A DNA stretch of 59,099 nt, the filler included, from Diploschistes diacapsis (taxonomy: Eukaryota): assembly GCA_023645945.1 (NCBI GenBank). It is 4 parts of 4 records of this genome, joined end to end, with 100 filler letters (N's around TTAATTAATTAA, not from the genome) between each part and the next. Parts side by side here need not be neighbours in the genome. Positions count along the whole stretch, not along the records: positions 1 to 14,708 come from JALAIB010000588.1; 3 more parts are not named here. One strand, 5' to 3'. Position numbers and translations under genes: made by a program. Below, one piece after another: positions 1 through 12,830 of this stretch. Each line of letters opens with the position of its first letter. Positions within the stretch are counted from its first letter, which is position 1. Under the pieces are notes generated by a model. It had not been told where the DNA came from, ran no database searches, and saw only the letters and a program-made list of their open reading frames with translations.

Positions 1-65
1 ACCATATAACGACTATAAAACGTCGAAGAAATGTTTTTGTTACATTTTTATTAATATCTACGCAT

Positions 66-528
66 TAGGCGGCCGTTTCGTGCCACGGTCACTGACACGG
101 ACACTACAATTAAAATTTTTAAAACACTGACACTGACACGGACATTACACTTCCGTGAATCCATCGAAACACTGCGGTGAATCCACCGAAACACCGCGGT
201 GAAATTTTTTTAAAAAAATAAAAGCGTAAGAAATAGACGTGATAATTCTAAAATTATTAAAATTAAAAAAATATTTTATAATGTTTCGGTGAATGCACGG
301 ACACGGACATCGTAATAAAGAAGTTTTCGACACGGACACTAACACGGACACTGTATTTTAATAAAAGCACGAACACGGATATTACAATTAAAAATTTTTA
401 AAACATTAATATTAATACGAACACTGCACTTCCGTAAATCCACGGACACGGACACCGCAACTAAAAAATCTAAAACACGGACACTGACACTGTCAGTATC
501 CGTGTCAGTGTCAGTGACGGCCAGCCTA
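66..528. mobile_element. Non-autonomous DNA transposon (MITE), hAT-like, RIP-mutated
   Basis: Imperfect terminal inverted repeats TAGGC-GGCCGT / ACGGCCAGCCTA. Many subterminal ACACGG and CACTGACAC repeats. Flanks CTACGCAT (58-65) and TTATATAT (529-536) differ only by C>T/G>A. A second copy starts at 29271. Confidence 0.75.
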
Positions 529-545
529 TTATATATATACGTTAT

Positions 546-650
546 GTGCCGTGATAAAATGTGTTTTATAATGAGGTGTGTTCTGTAATAAAGTATATTT
601 TGTGATGAAGTATGTTTTTGTGATGAAGTATGTTTTGTGATAAGGTATTC
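546..650. repeat. Degenerate ~17-bp minisatellite, about 6 units (TGTTYYGTGATGARGTR)
   Basis: Units tgtgccgtgataaaatg / tgttttataatgaggtg / tgttctgtaataaagta / tattttgtgatgaagta / tgtttttgtgatgaagta / tgttttgtgataaggta. Confidence 0.65.
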
Positions 651-1046
651 TTTATAGCTATTAGCTATAAGCCTGAATATTTAGGATTGGATGTACTTGT
701 GTGTGTGTGTGTATGTGGAAGGGTGTAAGTGTGTATATTGTGATTATGTAATTTATGGAATAAATAAGTGAGCTTGGCTTCTGTAGATGGAAGCTACGTT
801 ATCGATATATGATATTCAGCTTGAAATGCTTTAATACCATAATTTCTATAGGAATAATTACTTCAGATTCTTATCGCGTTTCTATCTATCGGCAATACGC
901 AATACGGCTATACTAGGAGTCGAAAGTTCATAAGCAATTGCGGAACGGTATAGCAATATGATAAACCGAGCTTGCCACTTATTTGCAACCTCCTAAACTC
1001 ATTTGCCGATCAAAGTAGATCATAAGTCTATCCGACTGGCTTGAAG

Positions 1047-4000
1047 ATGGTCGGAAACGTTGAGATGACTGCTCTGGCAAATACTGCCTTAGAGGTCGTC
1101 AATCTGGTGTGAGCTCATTGCTTCTTCGCATGCAACGACATTGATCTCTAACAAACATTCGCAATAGCCCTGTCGGACTCAAAGAGGCTGCTCTGGATTC
1201 TCCGTCCTTTCGGGCGGGAACGCTACACTTTGGGGAACATGTTGACACCCTTGAGAAATGGCTCGATCACATCGTCAAGATGACCGGGAAGCTGTCACAT
1301 GAATCATCCAGCCTGGATAACCTCGTTAGTAGCTTTGTTGCAGGTATGATCCCACCCCAGAACCTTTCGGAAGCAGTTGTGGATCATGATTACTCTTTGC
1401 TCGCTGTCAAGTGCTTGTCAGAAATAGTAAAAGACCTTTGGGTTGCCAATATCGCGGAGTTGAAGAAGATGGAAGCACTTGTGGCTGATCCCATACGAAG
1501 CTTTTTGCAGACGGATGTGCGCAACTTTAAGGAGGCACGTCGGCAGTTAGAGCAGACTCAGAGAACATTCGATCAATTACAAACGAGGTACTCCGCCCAA
1601 GCCAAGACCAAGGAGCCTTCAGCCCTTCGCGAAGATGCTTTTCAAGTTCATGAATCGCGCAAGGCTTACTTGAAGTCATCAATGGACTTCTCAACTTCGA
1701 TACCCCAGCTGAGGATGTCTTTAGATAGATTGCTAATCAAGGTTTTCTCCGAGCAATCTCAAGTCATGCGCGGGTCTCGGGAAGGAAGTGCCACTCTATT
1801 TGCCAGATGGGGATCCGAACTAGAGAGAATCAGGAACTGGAGTAGGGAAGTAGAACTCGGTGAACAGGCCTTTCGGGAAGAGCTCCATAATGCTAGGAAG
1901 CAAATGGAAGAAACTGCTGAGCAAGCCGGCCGTCCTTCTCGAGAGCTGGAAGATTACGCACAATCAGCGACAGGGCCATTGGCCACCAAAGGCCCGTCGC
2001 CCTTTGCTGCGCTAAAGCCCAACATGGCCACAGGGGGCAAACAGGGTTGGCTAAATGCAAAAACCACAACAGTAAAGTCAGCACGCGCGATTTGGTTGCG
2101 ACGGTGGTTTTATGTAAAGAACGGTGTTTTTGGCTGGTTAGTCCAAGGGTCTCGCTCTGGTGGTGTAGAAGAGAGCGATCGAATAGGCGTGCTTCTTTGC
2201 GGACTAAAACCAGCTGTTTCTGAAGAACGTAGGTTCTGTTTCGAAGTCAAAACAAAGAATACAACTATAGTCTTGCAAGCAGACTCTCAAGGCGATCTTA
2301 CCGAGTGGTTAGCTGCCTTTGATGCTGCAAAGCAGAAGGCTCTTGAAGATCCAATTGGCACTGCATTCCCCTCACAAGGACCTTCTGCAAAGCAAACATT
2401 CAATTCAGCATTTGCCATCTCGCCACCAAGTGCACTTGAGTTTGCAGCAAGTTCCAGAGATGCTAGCCTGATGGGTGAAGACAACTATGATCGGAGTGCA
2501 AGCCTCTCGCTCGGTATTCCCAACGATAGCAGCAGTCTTGCGCACCGAGGGAGCTTCGATGTGTCTTCCGGTCGTCGGTCTACGGCTATCGAAGGTGATG
2601 GCAACCGCGACCACACAGGTAAGATTATGCAAAAACTCGATCCAAGGAAGCCTCTGGGTGGCCCTCAGAATGGGATGCATAATGGGGCGCATAATGGGGC
2701 TTTAGGTACGCCATCATCGTCAGTTGCTGCTGGCGGGATCGCCAGCCTCATCTCGGCAAACCATATGACATTACCCCTGGCCAGTACACTCGTGGCACAA
2801 GGACAAAGCCAGGAAGCCATCAATCGGTTCGATAGCATAGCAGCTCGCTCAAACCTTTCTAGTGTTTTAAAATCCCTGCCTCCAAGTACATTAGGCCCTT
2901 CCACACTGGCGAACCCGCCAAATGCCACGAATCTGAGTGTCGTGGCTGTAATGGTCAACGGCGAAAAGGGCATTGGAATTGGACAAGACAACGGTACAGG
3001 TGGAACACCAAGCGGCCCATTGGCAAATTTCTGGGGCAGTTTCGCCTGGGGCTATATTAATCGTCCAGAGCGCGGTAGATCTTTCCTGAGTAAACAAGTT
3101 CCCAGTTCACCGGCATACAGACCTGTCGACGACCAATTGAGCGAGGGAAAAATGGAAGACGTCTTGGAAAGTGCCGATACCAGAACAGATGTATCACACC
3201 GGAAGACAATCAGTCTAGATGGAGATGTGGCTAATTCCCATCGAGCGATGATAGCTCCTCTAGAGATCCCGAGTTACTATCCTGCACTGCTCAAACATCA
3301 CGATGCTCAGTTTCGCTTGCTTTTCCCTGGCACAAGAGGGGAAAACAAAGTGCTACTCGTTTTCAGAGCCATGTGGAATCCCAACGAACAACAAGAGTTC
3401 ACAGGCCGGGCTTTCGTGACTGCTAAAGCTATCTATTTCTACAGTCATCACCTAGGCCTAGTACTTACCACCAGTCTCAGCCTCGCAAGCATATCTGAAG
3501 TTACAGCTGCACATGGTCGAGAATGTGATTTCCTCTTTCTGCATCTCAAAGATTTGGAACACGTCGATCATACGCGAGTTACTGTCAAGATATTCATAGA
3601 GCCCCTCAAACTATTGCAGCAACGGTTGAACTTTCTTGTACAAAACGCAAACTCTGACGAGCCTCGCAGTCTAGAAATAATAATGAAAACAATGATTAAA
3701 TTTGAATTCCCCTACGAGGACGAAAAAAGCCCTAGCAACGAGACTTGGGAGGATTCGCCCGGCGCTACTCCAAGCTTGCCTCGCCATGGTTCGCAAAGGA
3801 TGGTCAAAGACCTTAGGACGCGTGTATTGATTGATCAAGATTCGCAAGGTATTCGTCGAGGAACGGAACGAGATGCCTTGAGGTTTAAGTTGCCGAGCAG
3901 ACCCGTGGACTACATTCCTATGGGAATGGCCACCCCAGTGGTCGAAAGGGACTTCAGCGTGTCCCCAAAAGCGTTGTTTCATCTCCTGTTTGGCGATCGA

Positions 4001-5333
4001 AGCGCGGTGTGGCAACTGCTTTACCACGAGCGCCAGGCACACAGAATCAGACAAGGTCCGTGGATTCAACAGGAACCCAATTATCTCCGCCGAATCTTTG
4101 AGTATAGGATCGAGTACGTCACCTTGGGTTTGGCTTGCCAGGCGGATGTGGTCGACGTACAAACTATAGATGCTAGCTCCGACCACTTATGCTACGTGGT
4201 GACGGATCGGAAAACGCCATGGCACCTTCCATATTCCGAGACTTACACTTTGCTGAGTAAAATTGTTATCACACACGTTGCAAAATCGAAATGCAAACTC
4301 GCGATATATACTAAGGTTGACTGGACAAAGCAGCCTCGCCTGGTGTGGAGAGCTGTCCAGCAACAAGCTAAGGCGGATCTGAAAATGGATGCACTGGACC
4401 TTGTCGATTTGGTCAGTGAGCAAGTTCGCCGCTTAGGCATCCAAAACAATACGAAAAAAGCCGTTCAAATCTTCGGTGCGATCGGCCACGAAGCGCAGAC
4501 CATGGAATTCAAGGGGAGCGATTGTGCAGTGCCCTCACGAGCGCGGCATACGAGGAGCCGGAAGACCATACTGCAATTAGTATTCAAGCACTTCGCAGCT
4601 CTTTTGGAAAATGTGGTGACGACTACCATCACCTCTCTCGTTGTCGTTTTGAAATGGGCCTTCAGAACGTTCAACGCAAATTCCCTAATCCTTTTGATCC
4701 TCATGGTCAGCGTCTTGTCCAACCTCTTGTTCTTTTCAAGACTGTCGAGTGCCTGGTGGCAGGAGCGGCGAGCTGAACAGTTCATGAGGAGCCTAGGGAT
4801 TGGTCATGATCTAGTGATCAGCAAATCCATTTCCCTGACAGATCTTGATCTGGGTGTTTTGCCTGGCAATAATAGTATCAAGGATGTGAACACCCTGTGG
4901 TAAGTAAGCCCTGAACAGGTAGTGATATATATGACCATGACATTCCGCTTACTCTTCTTGGTTGGGTAGTTTTACAACATTCCACTCTGGAATGTCACTG
5001 GGAAGCTCTTCCCAGCTTCTGACTGCTTCTGCACGGCGCATGCGCAAGACCCGCCAGCAGATGAGTATTTATCGCCACGATTTGCTGGTGGCGATGAGAG
5101 TCGTGAATATTATCGAGCAAGAAATCATCCGCGCGGAGTGGGAGCACTGGGTCTTGCAAGAAACAGACCAATGTGACAAGGCGGGAGAGCTGCTACTTGA
5201 AGTGGGCAGGGGAAATGAAAGCTTCAACGAACAAAGAGCGGCCACCAACGACACGGGGAGAGATGCTCGTGCACACCTGCAAGCATATTGCTCGAGTTGC
5301 AAGGAAGCCAGGCAGCAGCTTCTTTGGGCTTGA
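1047..5333 (+). CDS. SIP3: Sip3/Lam1-family BAR-PH-VASt (StART-like) membrane-anchored lipid-binding protein (SipA3-like)
   Basis: Predicted exons 1047-1108, 1168-4899 and 4970-5333 with GT-AG introns. N-terminal PVGLKEAALDSPSFRA, BAR region, PH domain (KQGWL..WLRRWFYVKNGVFGWL..RRFCFEVKT), VASt-like region (SPKALFHLLFGDRS..TPWHLP) and a C-terminal TM helix. Confidence 0.88.
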
Positions 5334-5644
5334 TCGAAAAAGCTATCACTGTTTGGAAATGGGAAAAGGTTGTATCATAGCAGACTGGCTCTCGTATGAA
5401 CCGTCAATGATTAAGGTTTCAGGCCACACTTCATGTATATATCTATACTAAATACCATAGACGCTATTCACCGCCCGTGAGGAGATTGGCCTGATGGCTC
5501 TAAGTGAAAGACGCTGTTTGTTGGGGATTCTCTTACGCATAGTGTGTAGTTAATGCGATTGTAACATCAGATCTCGGTGACCGCTTGTATACTTTGAAGC
5601 GAGCATAACACTTGCAGACTTGCTGCTGTGTGTCATGTGATTTC

Positions 5645-7842
5645 TCAACTTGGTCCACGCAGTAGTTCAACGTCTGGCAATCCATGTCCGAAGTCGATGA
5701 TAACGACTCTTTTATCCTGACTAGTTGCCACGATCCTCCTATAATCTGCCTTGGCGCTCAACATCCAGCTACTGGTCCAGCCAGCGAAATCACATATCAT
5801 CTCTCCCTTCTCTATATCGTAGACCTTGATACTACGGTCGTAACTGCCACTTACAATTCTACCGTTAAGATGATCTAGATGAAGGGAGCGCACTAAATGG
5901 CTGTGACCTTTAAGTTCTCGAATCAACTCGCCGTTCGAAGCGTTGAACTGGTATATGAGTTGATCGTTGCCACCAGCAAAGATGTGGCGGCAGTCGGGGC
6001 TGAACTCAACACACGCAAGGCCGCGGTCACGGCTTGGGAATTCTTTGACGCAAAGACCGGACGAGACGTTCCATAGCTTTGCGACGCCATCACCACTTGC
6101 AGAAACAATCAGCTCGCCCCGCAACTGCACGGCGTTGACCGGACCGCGATGTCCAGCTAGTATGCGTAACAGTGAACCTGTTGATCGATCCCAGAGGCAA
6201 ATCGTTGTGTCTTTGGAGCATGAGACAATGTATTCAGCATTGAAGCACACGTCTAGGACACCTGCTTTGTGCTGTCGTAACCGGATCTTTGGCTTCCAAT
6301 CGATTTTTATGTCCCACATAATGAGTGTTGTATCCGACGAGCCTGTCACCATAAGGCAGTCGTCAAACTGTAGACATAAAACGGATCCTTGGTGATGAAT
6401 GGGACTGTCTCCCAAACTCGAGCATTCCAAAGAATGACTAGACGCCATAGGCAGGATAACGTCAATAGGCTGATGGCCCTTGTTCGGGCGGTTAGGGGGG
6501 GCGTTGGCTATCTGTGGGTGACCAACGACAGGTTGCTTCGGTACGCCCAGGATCTTCAGACATTCAAAGGTATTCGTATCCCAAATCCTGATTGTACGGT
6601 CTCGCGAACCCGTCAAAATTTTGTGTCTAGGTGGAATCAGACAGGGCACAGATAACAGAATCATAGAATACTTACTCATCAAATTGTACGCAGTATACGG
6701 TATCTTGATGCCCTTCCAGATACACGGCAGCGGCTCGACCACCGTTCCATCTGTCATGCAAAACTTTCCTTGCTTTCCACATTTTTTTCCAAGACTGATT
6801 GGGTCGATGCAATCCAAACCCTGGCCCGCCAACCTGGCCTGCGGGTATGTTTGAACCCTGTCTTTGGGCTCGTCCATATTCGCTTGTGAATATGTTCCTC
6901 CAGAGCGGACAAGAATTTGCAGTTGTGTGCCAGCGTGTGGATACCAATTCAGCTTCCATTAAGGACCGTGCGTCGAGATAAAGTAGGATGTGGGCAAAAA
7001 TTTCGGCAGGCAGAGAAGTCGCTGGATCTAGAGAAATATCTTAGTTCCTCAAGAATGAATGATTTGAGGTTACACACACCTCGTCGCACCAGAGAGATCT
7101 CGAGGTTGCTCTGGTCATCGGAATGATCAGGGAGCTCAATGCCAATTCCGCTCTCCGAATCGCTCGTCAACCTGAGATCTCGAAGTAGCGTTAAATCCTT
7201 CAGAGTCGTCTGTCGATTAGGACCAACTATCCCATTTTGAGCAGCGGCAGCCGCGCGGGCTGCCATCCCTCCACTCACTTCTGTGTCCTGAGTATGAAGT
7301 TCGTCATCCATAACCAAAATATTACCCAGAGCACATATGTTCTCGGGTGTAGGCGTTGTATTTCTTGTGCAGGCGGCACCCGGTCTTTGCTTGTCACGCC
7401 TAAATGGTAAAGTTTTATGCCAGCTATTGGACCTTGCTGGTCCTAGCAGTGTTGCACTCACACCGCCGGGCTCCTCAGCCGACAGACAATCCTTTTTTCG
7501 TTGCCCAAACATGGCTCGTCCGAGCTTTGAGAGCCTGGCTAAGGGTCGTCGATTATAATTGCAACTGTGGCCAGGAAACGCATCATCTGCAGTGACGGTT
7601 CTGTTTATTTGCGTTGACCCTCCCAATCTTGAACTTTCCACATCTCGAACACCAGCTTGCCACTGCTTGTGGAAGCCACTGCCAAAAACGCTGAACAATG
7701 AGACTCTGAGATTATACGACGAAGCATTACTAGAGATCGAGTTAGAGACTCTAAATGCTGAATGCGGGCATTCAGGACCGTGAAAGTCGAATGGTCTTAG
7801 GTTTGGAACTGAAGGGGCTGTTGCCGCTTCAAATAGCTTCAT
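5645..7842 (-). CDS. fwd1: F-box/WD40 protein, beta-TrCP/FWD-1-like SCF substrate adaptor
   Basis: Introns ~7079-7028 and ~6676-6627. F-box DPATSLPAEIFAHILLYLD..VSTRW. WD40 repeats GHQDTVYCVQFD, ILTGSRDRTIRIWD, GHRGPVNAVQL, GHSHLVRSLHLD. Start codon uncertain. Confidence 0.85.
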
Positions 7843-8459
7843 GGCAGCTTGTTTAAAGTAATTCCTGGATAGTTGCTCAATGTTTCCACAATAGGGTACC
7901 TAAAGAATTGTATCCTATTGGACCCTTTATGCACTTGCAATTTCGTTGGGACGATGGACGCGTGATTGAGGCGGTATCAAAGACAAGCCAGAAGTAACGA
8001 GCTGCAGCATGAAAGCGCGATTTTGGATGCCACAGAACAGTGACTAGGAATAGAACATATTTGCAAGGAGAGGTCTAGGTACAAGGCCCAACTGCACCGT
8101 GTGCCTAGAATTCTCGTATTTTCATACCGTATAAACTGTGTGTAATGAGGCTCTGAGCCTACAAAGTTCAAAAGTCAGATACCCATGACTGAGGGGCTAA
8201 CCTAATGAGGGAAGGCTGAACAGAATTCCGATAGAGGTTTAGCGCCTGATTGTCTTTGGCAAGTTGTTCTATGTTATATGTTAATGCTATGTGTTATTGT
8301 CGTTTGAAGTTAGCATAAGCGGACTTGCAGAGCATATATTTAGAAGATCTTGCGCTTCGAGGACGAAAGCGAGGTTTGCACATGGACAGCAAGCCTGTAC
8401 TGTGATGATATGCACCGCTGATTCCAATTCCAGACACTTTACACATGTCCCTCTGACAT

Positions 8460-9356
8460 CAAGGAGGCTTTTTTTCACTTCCATATTCTAAATTAACCGC
8501 AGCCTTTGTGCCAGGGATCGCGGCCTTCGTCAACACCCAGTCAGTCTCCCTTACTGAAAGCCTCCTGGAGCTCCATGGCGTCCTCAATATTACCTCCGGC
8601 CCAGAGACCCCATACCTTTACGCATGTGCGTGGTATTACATCCGCTCCTCCAGCTATGATCCCAGATTCACCAGATATGCCAGTCCTGAACGTGAAGTCT
8701 GCCATGCCGCCGAAAGCAATGTAGCTGGACCTATGAGCACGAGGGGTGATCGCGTTCAGGGCCAGAGCCATTCGTGTCAGCTTTCCGGTATTCCCCAACG
8801 TGTACTTGGTACCAATAATGTTGGTGTGTTGGGATATACGAATGATAAAGTCACTGTCAATGTCAATATCAGCCACGGCGCCAGGATAGTTGTAGAGTAT
8901 AAAAGGAATGGGCAACATCTCCGCCACGTTAATGAAGTACTCTTCCAGGCGCCCCTTATCCATGGCAGTACGATAGAAGCTGGGAGGGACCAGTAGTGCA
9001 TACCAGTAGTGCATATGAGGCACGCGTCTGTACCCCCTCGCGGCAGAGTTCGAGAGTCCAGCGTACGTATTGTTCGTTTGCTCCCCAGTTTACAGATATA
9101 TTACTATATTCAGAATCGTTGGGGTGGATCAAGTAGCCTTGGTAACCGCCGTTCGCTCTGCCCTTGATAGATGAACAGCCTCACCATTCGTGCCCATCGT
9201 AACTAGCCCAGCCAGGCCAGCTTGGGCTAGCCGCACCGCATGACGCTTGATAGTAGGAATGTCCAGGTCCTCGGTTTCAGGATCAAAAAATGTCATGGTT
9301 GGCGAGTAGATGCCGGGCAGAAGTGACAAACGAGCAGCAACAGTGTCGCCGTTCAT
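8460..9356 (-). pseudogene. gaaC: DHDPS-family 2-keto-3-deoxy-L-galactonate aldolase (gaaC/lga1), disrupted
   Basis: PGIYSPTMTFFDPETEDLD..GLVTMGTNGEAVHL, LYNYPGAVADID, IIGTKYTLGNTGKLTR. Lesions: TGA at 9129-9131, a 1-nt frameshift just after it, a 13-bp tandem duplication at 8990-9015, and a 4-bp GACT duplication near 8540. Confidence 0.85.
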
Positions 9357-10298
9357 AGTTGTCTTTTGGTGGATTCTGTTTGATAATATGGCAATTATAG
9401 CAGACTTGTGGGACGTGTGGACACGGTCTTCCATGTATATCTTTAGCCCAACTTCGATTGACTAACTGATACATATGATGAGACAAGTGTTTGAAGGGAT
9501 GAAATCAAGATACTTGAAGAAGGATGCAAAGGAACAGGATGTTATGGCTAATCAATACTTAGGTAGTTCCTGTTGCGATAGAAATCTAGGTGCTAGGCAC
9601 ACACAACGAGATCGTCTCTGAGAAGGAATATTAGCGGCGGATGAAGTGGCTAAGGTGATGATTCCTAAAGGATACTACTGAGGCACTTAGTACCGCAAAA
9701 TCACATTGCAGGTAGCTGCGTCTTGTACTTTGCAGTTGATTGATGGATGAAAGGTTGTGGGAGAATGATAAAGATGGTTCATGTACGCAAAAAGTTGTTT
9801 TGAACGTAGAGAGGACGGACGTCGTAACGCACCTACTTCCTATACCGGTAATAAATACCTTTAAAGTCCAACATCTCCCCGCTTCACGCTCCGAAGGTAC
9901 CATTGAGTGCGGGGATGATAAGGGGTCTCTGGTTTTCGATTGTTCGAAGGATCAATCGATCGAGAAACTGAGAGGTCCCAGTCTGCGTGTGGAGTATAGG
10001 GTATCGCAGAAACTCCACGCATGCAGCTTGCTCGAGGTCAACTCAAGATTATTCTCTCTCCCTTTTAGCCAAGGTACAAAACATGTTGCCCCACTGTCTT
10101 TTGGAACGAGTCGTTGTTGACCTTTCTCTAGTCAATCTCATTTCTGCCTCTGCCTTGCGTCCTAACATTCAATTACTCCTACTTCTCGCTCACCGATCGT
10201 GCCGACTACTACGCTCTCACTACTCCATCTTTCGTTTGATACTTCTTTTTTCTTGTTTACTGTCCATCACCCTTGACGCAGCGCCTGCACTTGCCAGA

Positions 10299-11878
10299 AT
10301 GGCACCTCTGAATGTTCTTATGGTGAGCTGTGATCCACAGGCATGCATGTCTACTGACAAGGTCAGGTGGGGACAGGGGAGTATACCACAGGGTTTGTAG
10401 GAGGTGGGGCTAGTACTTCAGACAAGCGCGTCGGCGTCGTCTGTTTGACGTTGTGTATGATGGCCAGCAAAAGCAGCGGTTTTGAAAAGCTTGCTGAATT
10501 TAGTAAGGTGACTTGCGGCGTCGCGGCAAGGTCGGCAAGTTGAGCATGGTTGGCACAAATGTAAGGACATGCCGCGCAGGGGCTGCATCAAGGTAATTGA
10601 CATAGCCGAAACAGGGAACCCGGTTTCCAGCCATTCGCGAGCATCTACAGAAGAACGTATCCGCCGTATACAATGGCTTAGATGTTTCTTTTGCCTCCTT
10701 TCCCCCGGATTCAACAGAGCGTGACCCGAACGCATATAAAGCGGCTATTGATGCTATGGATCCTGGAGATGCAGTCACCATCTTCACACCAGACGCGACT
10801 CATTACCCTATTGCGATGTATGCCATTGAAAGAGGAATCCATGTTCTTATCACCAAACCGGCGGTAAAGCTTGTCGGGCAACATCAGCAACTGCTAATTG
10901 AGGCACGGAAACGCGGAATTTCCGTCTTTGGTAATGTTTCATTCCTTCAGTTTGGGTCCTGCGACATTCTAATCGATTATAGTGGAGCATCATAAGAGGT
11001 TCGATCCAGCATATTCTGATGCCAAATCGAAAGCTAGCTTGTTGGGCGACTTCAATTACTTCTACAGCTATATGTCTCAGCCAAAATCGCAATTGGAAAC
11101 CTTCAAGACATGGGCCGGCAGAGACAGCGACATTTCGTATTATCTCAATTCGCATCATATAGATATTTGTGAATCTATGATACCAGACTATCGCCCAGTA
11201 TTTGTCACTGCCAATGGATCGAGAGGCACGGCAGAGAGCCTTGGCTGCGTTAAGGGCACAGAAGACACAATTTCTCTGCTAGTGAATTGGCAAAATAGGA
11301 AGGATCCGTCGAAAACCGGAACGGCCGTCTATACAGCAAGGTACGTTAACGTCTCTCGCGGGTGCGAGACGGGTGTTGACATGTCGTAGCTGGACTGCGC
11401 CATTCAAGGCAGGTGTGCATTCGAATCAATACTTCCACTGTGAGCTGTGTTCTGGTCTTCATGCCTGGTGATCTGGGCTGAAGATGCTCCTGTTTCTCTC
11501 CGTGACTGAAATCGTGTAGACATGGCTTCGAAGGGGGAAATACGAGTTGATCAGGCCAAGCGTGGCTATGACGTCGCTTCGGACGATGTAGGACAGGTAC
11601 AGTGGATCAATCCATTCTACATGCGATATGCGCCAGACGAGGATGGCAACTTTGGCGGGCAAACAGGCTACGGCTACATCTCGTTTGAAAAGTTTGTCGA
11701 TGCCGTGACCGCGCTAAAGGAAGGCGGCGTAACTCTGGACGCACTGGATCGGAAGGGGCTTCCGACTCTTGCGAACACTATTGCGACGACCGCGATTCTT
11801 GAGGCCGGTAGAAGAAGCCTTGATGAGGGACGGAAAATTGCCATCGAAGAGAAGGATGGGTTGTGGCAGCTTCTCTAA
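10299..11878 (+). CDS. gaaA: D-galacturonate reductase (Gfo/Idh/MocA-like Rossmann oxidoreductase)
   Basis: Multi-exon. [109 protein letters not shown], closely matching Aspergillus GaaA as recalled. Divergent from gaaC. Confidence 0.9.
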
Positions 11879-12055
11879 GTAGGCTTGGTCTGATCGGCCA
11901 GCGCATGGGGGGACAACTAAATGCTAATACTCCAGCTGCTGCTGTTTCCGAAATTTTGGTAACTAAAGCGTTTCAATTCTACTGAGGAAGAATCATCGGT
12001 GTCCTTATGTCGACAAAGGCTGTAAGCTAGTTCCAACACGGCGGGCGAAGCCTTC

Positions 12056-12830
12056 CTAGGTAATATCCTCAAAAGCCATGTCTCCAGGTCTTTCACAATT
12101 CTTTGTGGCAGTACTAGAGACCCCATTCAGCAACTGGCCCTCGAACCACTGGCATCGAGACTCCTTTCCGCCAAGAGCGAGCAGAGTCTCTCTATCGGCA
12201 AGAAGAAATGATACCATTCAAATTCCATGACATGTTTCTTGAATTAACTAACAAGATGCGCCCAATCATGGGGGCAATTGGATGCATACGCACTGATGAT
12301 ACATCGCGGTGCAGCCATTGCTGTCTTCTCTTTTGCTAGTACGCAAGCAACATGGGTTAGCCTTGAGAGTAGCGGCCATTGATGCTTCGAAACGAGAAGT
12401 CGAACATGAGAGAGCACGAAGGTCTCACATACGTCTATCTATAACACCCTGCAATTTTGACAAGGTGGTCCAGCATCGACCACTGTCATGCGTAAAAATG
12501 AACCAGATCTGGAAGGAGAGTGATACCACATCAGGAGAAGTAGCTGCAATGATTTGAGCGGAAGAGATTGGATTCTTATGTACCTTGCATATTTGACTCT
12601 CTCGTCGATATCTGTCAATGCCAGCTGGTTGTTTCAATGATCCGAGCGGCGTGGATAATGAACCATCATCATACACGAATAGCATGGTAGGCAGTAACGA
12701 ACATGCAACGATCAAAGCCAGTGCGACTAGGACTAGCGGAAGGAACGACTCAAAACTAAGTAGCTACTTTCGCAAAGCTTGTTATATAAACACAAACACA
12801 ATTGTTGGAAGCGCATAGATCCTGATGCAT
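12056..12830 (-). other. Putative spliced transcript or small orphan gene, reading frame uncertain
   Basis: Canonical-looking minus-strand introns 12432-12336 (GTATGT..GCTAAC..TAG) and 12252-12192 (GTTAGT..TAG). Hydrophobic stretch FLPLVLVALALIVACSLL. Confidence 0.3.

Noticed and set aside
85..520. Short direct repeats resembling a CRISPR or iteron array, and ORF 145-351
   Set aside because: Eukaryotic context, no constant repeat with unique spacers and no cas genes. They are explained as transposon subterminal repeats, and the ORF is low-complexity.
9366..9373. TCCACCAA (minus strand) resembling the GaaR-binding GARE element
   Set aside because: Imperfect (no final T) and only ~10 nt upstream of the gaaC ATG, probably inside the leader.
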